A model generated the notes under the pieces. That model worked only from the letters and a program-made list of their open reading frames with translations. It had not been told where the DNA came from and searched no databases. Below, piece by piece: positions 24,518 through 31,784 of a stretch of DNA of 31,784 bases (positions within the stretch are counted from its first letter, which is position 1; each line of letters begins with the position of its first letter). Position numbers and translations under genes: made by a program. This stretch comes from Gemmatimonadota bacterium (GTDB taxonomy: Bacteria > Gemmatimonadota > Gemmatimonadetes > Gemmatimonadales > JACORV01): contig JAYTEN010000041.1 of the NCBI GenBank assembly GCA_043735145.1, forward strand, positions 1 to 31,784. The letters are read 5' to 3'.

Positions 24518-27500
24518 TCAGCCGTCGGTCCGCGCCGCCAGCTCGCCCGCCCGCTGCACCGTTTCCAGCAACGTCGCGATGGTGAACGGCTTCTGCAGGA
24601 ACAGAGTCCCGGCCGACACGGCACCCTGGTTCAGGGCGTCCTCCTCACTGTAGCCGGACATGAGCACGATCTGGATCCGGCCGTCGAGCAGCCGGACCCG
24701 CTCGGCGACCTGCCGCCCTGACAGCTGCGGCATCACCATGTCGGTCAGCAAGAGATCGATGTGACCCCGGTGCTCCTCGGCGAGCACCAGCCCCTGCGCT
24801 CCATCGGACGCTTCGAGTACCGTGTATCCGTGCCGAATCAGGACCCGTGAGAGCAGCGCACGCACCGCGGCTTCATCCTCGACCAGGAGGATCGTGCCTG
24901 ACGCCGAAGCGGCGGGGTCCCGCGGCATTTCCGGGGCGCGCATCTCCGGCCGCGCGTCCACCCGCGGCAGGAGGACGACGAACGACGTGCCGCGGCCGCG
25001 CGCGCTGTCGACGCGAATGGCTCCCCCGCTCTGCTGCACGATCCCATACACGGTCGCGAGCCCCAACCCGGTTCCCGACTGCTTGGTTGTGAAGAAGGGC
25101 TCGAAGATGCGCGCCATCGTGTTCTCGTCCATGCCGGTGCCGCTATCGGCGACCTCGAGCGCCGCGAATCGACCCGGGGGCAGACCCCACGCCCTACCTC
25201 CGTCCGCATCGAGCTCGACGTTCCGGGTGGACAGCGTCAGCCGGCCGCCGGACGGCATGGCGTCGCGGGCATTGATGGCGAGGTTCAGAATCACCTGGCC
25301 GATCTGGGAATCGTCGGCCAGCACCGCCCCCAGGTCGGGATCGCGCTCGATGACGAGCTGGATATGCTCGCCGATGAGCCGCTCCAGCATCCGCACCAGC
25401 TCGTCGACGGTCGCGTTGAGATCCAGCGGCCGGGGCTGGAGCACCTGCCGGCGGCTGAACGCGAGCAGTTGATGCGTCAGATCCGACGCCCGGTCGGCGC
25501 CGCGGCGGATCTCGGCGAGATCCTGGCGGCGCGGATCGTCCGCATCCACCGTCGCGATCAGCAGGTCGGTGTAGCCGCTGATGGCTGTCAGGACGTTGTT
25601 GAAGTCGTGCGCGATACCGCCCGCCAGCCTGCCGATCGCCTCCATCTTCTGCGATTCCGCGAGCTGGCGCTGGAGCAGCTGGAGCGCCGTGATATCGCGC
25701 GCCACCGTGGACAGGAACTCCACCGAGCCGTCGGCACCCTTGTGAGCCAGGATGACTTGCGAGACCGGAATCTCGCGGCCGTCACGCGCGAGCAGGGCGG
25801 TCTCGCCGACCCAAGCGCCATCCCGGATGGCCGCGGGCAGGCCTTCACGCAGGATCAGCTCGCTCGCCCAGGCGGGGCGGAAGTCGGAGACCGGCCGACC
25901 CACCACATCTTCCTGCTCGGCGATGCCGACGAGGCGGCGGCCGGCGCGATTCAAGTAGAGCATCCGCCCCTCCGCCGTGGCGCTGCCCACGTAGTCGGTG
26001 GTTCCCTCGAGGATGGCCAACAGCCGACGCTGCTCGGCCTCCACGCGGCGTGATTCCGACAGATCACGGACGAAGGCGCTGAAGACCCAGTGGCCGTCGA
26101 TCCGGAGCGGGACAATGCCAAGCTCCACCGGCACCAGGCTGCCGTCGCGGCGCCGGGCATCGCGAAAGATGCGCTGGCCGAGGATACGGGCCTCGCCGGT
26201 CGCGATGAATCGGTCGAAGCCGTGGCGGTGCAGCCCGCGATCGACCGGCGGGATGATGGTCTCCTCGATCGGCCGGCCGACCGCCTCCCCGGCCGTCCAC
26301 CCGAAGGTGCGCTCGGCCTGGGCATTCCATCCGGTAATGATCCCCGTGTCGTTCACCACGATCACCGAGTCCAGCGACGCGTCGATGACGCCGCGCAGGG
26401 TCGCCTCCGAGGTGCGCAGCGCGGTCTCGGCGCGCCGGCGCTCGGTCATGTCCATCATCGCCCCCAGCATGCGCGTGGGGGCGCCGCGCGAATCACGCAA
26501 CACAAAACCGCGGTCGTAGATATCGGCATAGGAGCCATCGGCTCGGCGGAACCGGTAGTCATCGGTCCAGGCACTGCCGCCCTGGTCGATCACGGCATGG
26601 ATCCCGTGCACGACCCGATCGAGATCGTCGGGATGCAAGTGGCTGGTCCACGACGTGATGTCGACGGCACCATCCCGCGGGTGGCCAAAAGCGGTCTCGA
26701 AGTTTTCGTTCCACCACAGCGCGTCGGTTTGCAGGTCCCAGTCCCAAACGACGTCGTTGGTGGCGCGGGCCACCAGCTCGAATCGTTCGCGGTTGGCCTG
26801 CGAAGCGACGGTTGCCAGCCGCCGGTCGGTGATGTCCTCCGCCACGCCCACGACGCCGGAGATTGCTCCCTGCAGGTCGCGCAGCGGCACGACGCGGTAA
26901 TAGAAGTGGCGCCCCTGCCATTCGATCTCATGACCGATCGCTTCGCCAGCGAGGGCGTCGCGGTGCGCCGCGATGGCCGTAGCATTGGTGCCCATGTGCT
27001 CGTAGAGCGACATGCCTACAACCTGATCGGGGGCGAGGTTCAGCGCTCCCAGCCCGGCCCCGAGGGAACTCGTGAGGCGCAGATCGCGGTCGGTCGTCCA
27101 CACTGTTGCGGGCACCTGGCTCAGGATGTGGCGGACGCGGTGCTCTTCCTCCCGCAGCCGCACTTCGGCGCGGCGCGCCGACAGCGCGACGGCGCGCAGC
27201 TCGATGGACGATAGCACGCAGGTCGCGAGGTGCTCGAGCAAACCGATTTCGGCTTTGGTCCACCGGCGCGGCTTGTGATCGATCACGCACAGGGTGCCAA
27301 GGACGTGGCCGTCGTGGGTGCGCAGGGGAATGCCGGCGTACGCCACCACACCGAGATCCGGGATCGCGAGGTTGTGGCGGACCAGGGGATTGCGCCGAGC
27401 ATCGCTGATGACCAGGGGCTCGCCCGTGACCACGACGTACTGACAGATGGAGTGCGAGAGCGGCGTCTCGCGCAGGTCGCACCAGGGCTTCCCCAGGCCG

Positions 27501-27733
27501 ATGCAGCTCTTGAAGTACTGGCGGTTCTCGTCGACCAGGCTGATCAGCGCGACGGGCGCTTTAAGCAGCCGGGCGGTGAGGCGCGTGAGGCGATCGAACG
27601 CCTCTTCCGCCGGCGAGTCCAGCAGGTCCAGTGCCCGCAGGTGCGCCAGGCGGACGGGGTCACGCAACACGTCAGGGGCAACCGCCTGCGGTGGCTGCCT
27701 GGTACCACGTCGGGTGTGCTTCCGCGGGCCCAT
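24518..27733 (-). CDS. Hybrid sensor histidine kinase (GAF-PASx4-HisKA-HATPase-REC), about 1071 aa
   Basis: GAF (LDSPAEEAFDRLTRL..., GTLCVID), PAS_3-like WDWDL...HPDD, further PAS domains, GGIAHDFNNVL, FEPFFTTK, GTGLGLA and receiver LLVEDE..LLTDMVMP..QKPF. Start taken at MGPRK. Confidence 0.93.
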   Translation of the reverse strand: MGPRKHTRRGTRQPPQAVAPDVLRDPVRLAHLRALDLLDSPAEEAFDRLTRLTARLLKAPVALISLVDENRQYFKSCIGLGKPWCDLRETPLSHSICQYVVVTGEPLVISDARRNPLVRHNLAIPDLGVVAYAGIPLRTHDGHVLGTLCVIDHKPRRWTKAEIGLLEHLATCVLSSIELRAVALSARRAEVRLREEEHRVRHILSQVPATVWTTDRDLRLTSSLGAGLGALNLAPDQVVGMSLYEHMGTNATAIAAHRDALAGEAIGHEIEWQGRHFYYRVVPLRDLQGAISGVVGVAEDITDRRLATVASQANRERFELVARATNDVVWDWDLQTDALWWNENFETAFGHPRDGAVDITSWTSHLHPDDLDRVVHGIHAVIDQGGSAWTDDYRFRRADGSYADIYDRGFVLRDSRGAPTRMLGAMMDMTERRRAETALRTSEATLRGVIDASLDSVIVVNDTGIITGWNAQAERTFGWTAGEAVGRPIEETIIPPVDRGLHRHGFDRFIATGEARILGQRIFRDARRRDGSLVPVELGIVPLRIDGHWVFSAFVRDLSESRRVEAEQRRLLAILEGTTDYVGSATAEGRMLYLNRAGRRLVGIAEQEDVVGRPVSDFRPAWASELILREGLPAAIRDGAWVGETALLARDGREIPVSQVILAHKGADGSVEFLSTVARDITALQLLQRQLAESQKMEAIGRLAGGIAHDFNNVLTAISGYTDLLIATVDADDPRRQDLAEIRRGADRASDLTHQLLAFSRRQVLQPRPLDLNATVDELVRMLERLIGEHIQLVIERDPDLGAVLADDSQIGQVILNLAINARDAMPSGGRLTLSTRNVELDADGGRAWGLPPGRFAALEVADSGTGMDENTMARIFEPFFTTKQSGTGLGLATVYGIVQQSGGAIRVDSARGRGTSFVVLLPRVDARPEMRAPEMPRDPAASASGTILLVEDEAAVRALLSRVLIRHGYTVLEASDGAQGLVLAEEHRGHIDLLLTDMVMPQLSGRQVAERVRLLDGRIQIVLMSGYSEEDALNQGAVSAGTLFLQKPFTIATLLETVQRAGELAARTDG

Positions 27734-27819
27734 CGCTGGAACATTGTCCCCCTCGACAGCCACCGCAAGCACGCCCCGCCGTTGTCGGCCCCCGCGGCCG
27801 CTCTTAACTTAGGCGGCTC

Positions 27820-29088
27820 ATGATCCGCGTCCGATTCGCCCCGTCGCCCACCGGCTACCTCCATGTGGGGGGCGCCCGCACGGCCCTCTTCAACTGGCTC
27901 TTCGTCCAGCACGCGCGACGTGCGGGCGAGGACGCGACCTTCATCCTGCGCATCGAGGACACCGACAAGGAGCGCTCGACCGCGGCGTTCACCCAGGTCA
28001 TCCTCGACGGAATGGCGTGGCTCGGCATGACGCCCGACGAGGGGCCATTCTTCCAGGCCGAGGGCAAGGCGCGCCACCAAGCCGACGCCGACCGCCTCGT
28101 GGCCGAGGGCAAGGCATACCTCGACGACGGCGCGGTGCGCTTTCGCGTGCCGCAGGAAGAGATCGCCTGGGACGACGCGGTCCACGGCCGCATCAGCTTC
28201 CAGGGCAAGGACCTCCAGGACTTCGTCATCCTGCGCGCCGACCGCTCACCGATCTACAACCTTGCGGTCGTCTCCGACGACGTGGACATGAAGATCACGC
28301 ACGTGATCCGCGCCGATGAACACATCTCCAACACGCCCAAGCAGATCCTGCTCTACCGCGCCCTCGGTTACGCGCAGCCGATCTTCGGGCACGTGCCCGT
28401 CGTCAATGGCGCGGATGGCAAGAAGCTCTCCAAGCGGCGCGGCGCCGTCGCCGTCGGCGACTACCAGGAGCGATTCCTGCCGGAGGCGATGGTCAACTTC
28501 CTCGTGCTCATCGGCTGGAGCCCGGGCGGCGACCGCGAGCTGTTCTTCGACCTCAATGAGCTGATCGACGCATTCGCCATCAAGGGGCTCCAGTCGAAAT
28601 CCGGCGTCTTCGACGAGAAGAAGCTCGAGTGGATGAACGCCGAGCACCTGAAGCACATGGGCGCGGCGAAGGTGCTCGCGCGGCTGCACGACGCCGAGCT
28701 GGTGGCGGCGCCTAACGCCGAAGCGATGGTGGGGATCGTGCTGCCCCGCAGCAAGACCATCACCGACGTGCGCGCGCAGGCCCGCAGCCGCGCCGGCCTC
28801 GACCCGATCATCACCGATGACAAGGCGAAGGCGTACGTCGACAAGGACCCCGACGGGTATCGCAGGGGACTCGCGCTCACCGTCCAGGCGCTGCAAGCCA
28901 CCGACGACTGGTCGGCCGCGAATCTCGAGGCGGTCCTGCGCGCCGTGGCGGAGTCGCACGGACTGAAGGCGGGCCAGGTCATGCAGCCGATCCGCATCGC
29001 CCTCACTGGGTCGACGGTGTCGGAGCCGGTGAACGAGACGCTGCACGTGATCGGGAAGGACGCGGCACTCGAACGTCTGAGCCTTTGA
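27820..29088 (+). CDS. gltX: Glutamate--tRNA ligase, short form (422 aa)
   Basis: RVRFAPSPTGYLHVGGARTALFNW, LRIEDTD, YNLAVVSDD, HISNTPKQ, KKLSKR (KMSKS equivalent) and a C-terminal anticodon-binding helices motif (MQPIRIALTG). TAACTT lies 9 nt upstream of the ATG. Confidence 0.93.
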   Translation: MIRVRFAPSPTGYLHVGGARTALFNWLFVQHARRAGEDATFILRIEDTDKERSTAAFTQVILDGMAWLGMTPDEGPFFQAEGKARHQADADRLVAEGKAYLDDGAVRFRVPQEEIAWDDAVHGRISFQGKDLQDFVILRADRSPIYNLAVVSDDVDMKITHVIRADEHISNTPKQILLYRALGYAQPIFGHVPVVNGADGKKLSKRRGAVAVGDYQERFLPEAMVNFLVLIGWSPGGDRELFFDLNELIDAFAIKGLQSKSGVFDEKKLEWMNAEHLKHMGAAKVLARLHDAELVAAPNAEAMVGIVLPRSKTITDVRAQARSRAGLDPIITDDKAKAYVDKDPDGYRRGLALTVQALQATDDWSAANLEAVLRAVAESHGLKAGQVMQPIRIALTGSTVSEPVNETLHVIGKDAALERLSL

Positions 29089-30911
29089 CCGCCCGTCCGC
29101 CCGTTCGCCCGTCCGCCGAGCTGCGCCGGCCCGCTCTTCTTTGGGCGCTGCTGCATGTGCCCGTCATCCTCTTCCTCTACAAGACGTCCCTCGTCATCGC
29201 CGTCGGCACCCTCACCGGGGGCTACCGGGCGGCAATGCTCGTCGCCTGGGTACTGGAAGCGTGCTTCCTCGCCACCCTGCCCTTCCTGGCCGGCTTGCTC
29301 TTCAGCCGCAACGCGCGCGTCTATCGCTGGGCCGCACCGGCGCTGTCAGCGCTCTTCGCCGTCATCCTCGCGGTCGACAGCCGGCTCTACGAGGCGCTCG
29401 CCTTCCATCTCAACTCGCTCATCATCCGCGTTGCCTTCCAGCCCGGCGCGCTGGGCCAGATCGGCATTCCGGAGAGCGAGTTCGCGATATTCGCCGCCAT
29501 CGTGGCCGCGCTGGTGGTGGCCGATATCGTGGCGGGTACGCGATTCATCGGCCGGTTCGCGTCGCCGGGGTGGCGATGGCGGTATCTGGCCATCCTCGCG
29601 CTGCTGCCCGTGGCCGACCGGCTGCTGGTCGCGACGCTGAACTTCACCGGCGGGCGCACGGTGATCGCGGCGGGCGACGTCATGCCGCTCCAGATCCGCT
29701 TCACCATGAGCAAGCTGCTGTCGAAGCTCACGGGCCGCCCGTTCGGGGGCACCGAGGATCGCCTCGCGCTGGCCGCCGGCCGCACCGCGCCGCCGCCGCT
29801 CCTGCCGGCCGACTCGGTCACCTTCACGCGCCGCCCCGACGTGGTGCTGATCCTGATCGAGAGCCTGCGCTCGGACTTTCTCTCCGACTCGGTGATGCCC
29901 CGCCTGTGGCAGCGGAGCCGGTCGGGCACGCGCTTCACGCATCACTACGCGTCCGCGAGCTCCACGCACTTCACCCTCTTCTCGATTGTCTACGGCGAGA
30001 ACGCGCAGAAGCTCGAGTCGGTGGTGGGCGCGGGGCGGCCGCCGCTCCTCTTCGGCGCGATGCGCGCCCACGGCTATCACACGCGGCTGATCACGGCGAG
30101 CTCGGTCGACTGGATGGGGATGAAGCAGACGGTCTTCCGCGACGTCTCGGGCGATCTCGACACCGACATCCCGGGCACCGGCGTGGCCCGCGACTCGGCG
30201 ATGCTGGCGCGGGCCACCGACTGGGTCTCGCGGGCCGACTCGCAGCCGGTCTTCCTGGTGCTCTTCTTCGACGGCACGCACTTCAACTACTCGTACTCGC
30301 CGGCGTCGCGGAAATTCACCCCCGACTGGGACGGGGCCGGCAGCATCACCGCCGCGCGCGTCGAGCCCATCCTGATGAAGCGGCGCGCCATGAACGCCGC
30401 CTACGAGGTGGACACGCAGATCGAGGGATTCCTCAACTGGTTCTCGCGGCGGCGGGGGCACGCGCCGCTGACCGTCGTCACCGGCGACCATGGCGAAGCC
30501 TTCCGCGAGCACGGCCGCGTGGGCCACGGCGCCGGCGTCGCCGAGGAAGAGATCCACGTGCCGATGGTGATGGTGGACGACAGCCTGGCGCGCGGCGTGA
30601 CGGACGGCGTGACGAGCCACGTGGACATCGTGCCGACCATCTTCCACCTGCTCGGCGACCGCCACGACCCCGCTACCTACAGCGACGGCGCGCCGATGAC
30701 GGCGCCGCCGCCGGGGCGCTTCGTGGTATCGACGGCGGGGTGGATTCCTCGTTATGCGGTCGTCGGCGAGCGGCTCAAGGCGCAGTTCTTCGGGCTCGAC
30801 GCCGGGCTGGGAAGCGTGACCCTCACCGGCCCGGCCGACGAGCCCCTGCCCGATGCCAATGCGCTGTTGCGGCTGAACGCGCCGGCGATTCTACGGGCTC
30901 TTCGGCGCTAA
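29085..30911 (+). CDS. Membrane-anchored sulfatase/alkaline-phosphatase-superfamily protein, YejM(PbgA)-like
   Basis: About five N-terminal TM helices; VVLILIESLRSD, HYASASST..TLFSIVYG, FFDGTHFNY, TGDHGE and TSHVDIVPT. No CxPxR/SxPxR formylglycine motif. TTG start overlaps the gltX stop. Confidence 0.75.
   Translation: MTARPPVRPSAELRRPALLWALLHVPVILFLYKTSLVIAVGTLTGGYRAAMLVAWVLEACFLATLPFLAGLLFSRNARVYRWAAPALSALFAVILAVDSRLYEALAFHLNSLIIRVAFQPGALGQIGIPESEFAIFAAIVAALVVADIVAGTRFIGRFASPGWRWRYLAILALLPVADRLLVATLNFTGGRTVIAAGDVMPLQIRFTMSKLLSKLTGRPFGGTEDRLALAAGRTAPPPLLPADSVTFTRRPDVVLILIESLRSDFLSDSVMPRLWQRSRSGTRFTHHYASASSTHFTLFSIVYGENAQKLESVVGAGRPPLLFGAMRAHGYHTRLITASSVDWMGMKQTVFRDVSGDLDTDIPGTGVARDSAMLARATDWVSRADSQPVFLVLFFDGTHFNYSYSPASRKFTPDWDGAGSITAARVEPILMKRRAMNAAYEVDTQIEGFLNWFSRRRGHAPLTVVTGDHGEAFREHGRVGHGAGVAEEEIHVPMVMVDDSLARGVTDGVTSHVDIVPTIFHLLGDRHDPATYSDGAPMTAPPPGRFVVSTAGWIPRYAVVGERLKAQFFGLDAGLGSVTLTGPADEPLPDANALLRLNAPAILRALRR
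29090..29117. repeat. 8-bp tandem repeat (CGCCCGTY)x3.5 forming the first codons of the YejM-like gene
   Basis: CGCCCGTC CGCCCGTT CGCCCGTC CGCC. Confidence 0.85.
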
Positions 30912-30964
30912 AAAGGGGGAAGGGGGAAGGGGGTCCCCCTTCCCCCTTCCCCCTTCCCCCTTTT
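30911..30964. terminator. Bidirectional terminator-like hairpin built from 7-bp repeats
   Basis: AAAA(GGGGGAA)2GGGGG-T-(CCCCCTT)3CCCCC-TTTT between convergent stop codons. Confidence 0.85.
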
Positions 30965-31486
30965 CTAGAGGTACCGCGCAATCGCCATCAGGCCGACCGC
31001 CACCATCAGGAAGACCGCCGCCAGGCGCGCGGCGCCGAGCAGCTTCTTCTGGAGCCGTCCCATCTGCTCCGACTGCTCCGGCGTGGGCGGCGCACCCGAG
31101 GATTTCAGCGTCGTCACGAGCGCCGTCAGCTTCTTGCCCGTCGGCATGCTGACCGTGACGCCCACGATCGCCGCCACGAGGGCCGCGGTCGCGCCGATCA
31201 TGATCCCGTGGCCCGTGTGCGACAGGAACCAGTCGTGCGAGAAGCCCCCGGAGACGTGCCACATCAGGATCACCCCGCTCAGGATCGTGAACACCATCAG
31301 CATCATCAGGTAGATGGGCAGCTTGCGCACCCGTCCGATCTGATCCATCACCGGTCCAGCCGCGGGGCCCACCGCCATGACGCTCGGCAGGATGATGCGG
31401 GCCACCATGACGGCGCCGCCCACCCAGAGCGAGCCCATGACGATGTGCACGAAGCGGAGCAGAATGACGGTCGTATTGCTTAGCAT
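30965..31486 (-). CDS. Four-helix integral membrane protein (CopD/DUF2269-like N-terminal pattern), 173 aa
   Basis: LRFVHIVMGSLWVGG and four hydrophobic segments; GAGGT SD. Confidence 0.7.
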   Translation of the reverse strand: MLSNTTVILLRFVHIVMGSLWVGGAVMVARIILPSVMAVGPAAGPVMDQIGRVRKLPIYLMMLMVFTILSGVILMWHVSGGFSHDWFLSHTGHGIMIGATAALVAAIVGVTVSMPTGKKLTALVTTLKSSGAPPTPEQSEQMGRLQKKLLGAARLAAVFLMVAVGLMAIARYL

Positions 31487-31520
31487 CGATGACCTCGCTG
31501 AAGTGACTTTCGTTCCAAAC

Positions 31521-31544
31521 TCTAGATTCTAGATTCTAGGTTCT
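31521..31544. repeat. 7-bp tandem repeat (TCTAGAT)x3
   Basis: Same family as 15905-15933. Confidence 0.85.
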
Positions 31545-31553
31545 TGTTTTTCC

Positions 31554-31784
31554 CTACCAGCCACTCCGCTGCCCCGCATTCTGCCGGTCGAGCCAGGCCT
31601 GGAGCGGCGCGAAGTACTCCAGTATCGCGCTGGCGTCCATCTGACGCGAGCCGGTGAGCTGCTCGAGCGCGTCCTGCCACGGACGGCTGGCGCCGAGCTG
31701 GAGCATCGCGTTCAGGCGCCGGCCGGCCTCGTGGCTGCCGTAGAAGGAACAGCGATACAGCGGCCCGGTGTGTCCCGACGCCTG
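31554..31784 (-). CDS. 3' end of an M2-family peptidyl-dipeptidase (ACE-like); partial, runs off the window
   Basis: Hand translation: QASGHTGPLYRCSFYGSHEAGRRLNAMLQLGASRPWQDALEQLTGSRQMDASAILEYFAPLQAWLDRQNAGQRSGW*, matching the ACE C-terminal pattern (GPLH.C.IY.S..AG..L..ML..G.S.PW...L...TG...MDA..L..YF.PL..WL). Confidence 0.85.
   Translation of the reverse strand, partial: QASGHTGPLYRCSFYGSHEAGRRLNAMLQLGASRPWQDALEQLTGSRQMDASAILEYFAPLQAWLDRQNAGQRSGW

Noticed and set aside
1-31784. Prophage, transposon, retron/DGR, restriction-modification or other defence island
   Set aside because: No integrase, transposase, reverse transcriptase, nuclease, methyltransferase or phage structural motifs are recognisable in any supported ORF.

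Overview
High-GC bacterial chromosomal window; the gene repertoire suggests Gemmatimonadota (inference). Housekeeping genes: thiolase, thrS, valS, selA, a gmhB-like HAD phosphatase, purN, purH, a short gltX, tRNA-Ser(UGA) and tRNA-Ser(GCU). These are interspersed with exported or lipoprotein genes (BON, Ig-like, PPC, DUF4932-like/PDZ, carboxypeptidase-regulatory-like, Big_2, proline iminopeptidase, cupin), two hybrid PAS histidine kinases, an orphan response regulator, a VOC protein, a YejM-like membrane hydrolase and the 3' end of an M2 (ACE-like) peptidase. No integrase, transposase, CRISPR array or recognisable defence system is present. Two window-wide signals stand out. (1) Exported proteins are strongly enriched in the Bacteroidota O-glycosylation sequon D-(S/T)-(A/I/L/V/M/T), with 21 sites in one lipoprotein, suggesting an FCB-type protein O-glycosylation system. 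(2) About a dozen 7-8 bp tandem or palindromic microsatellites sit at gene junctions and invade coding sequence in frame (SelA, ValS, signal peptides); there is also a 6 x 20 bp amplification of the thrS stop region and several G-quadruplex-type tracts. All calls come from reading motifs by eye; no database searches were run.
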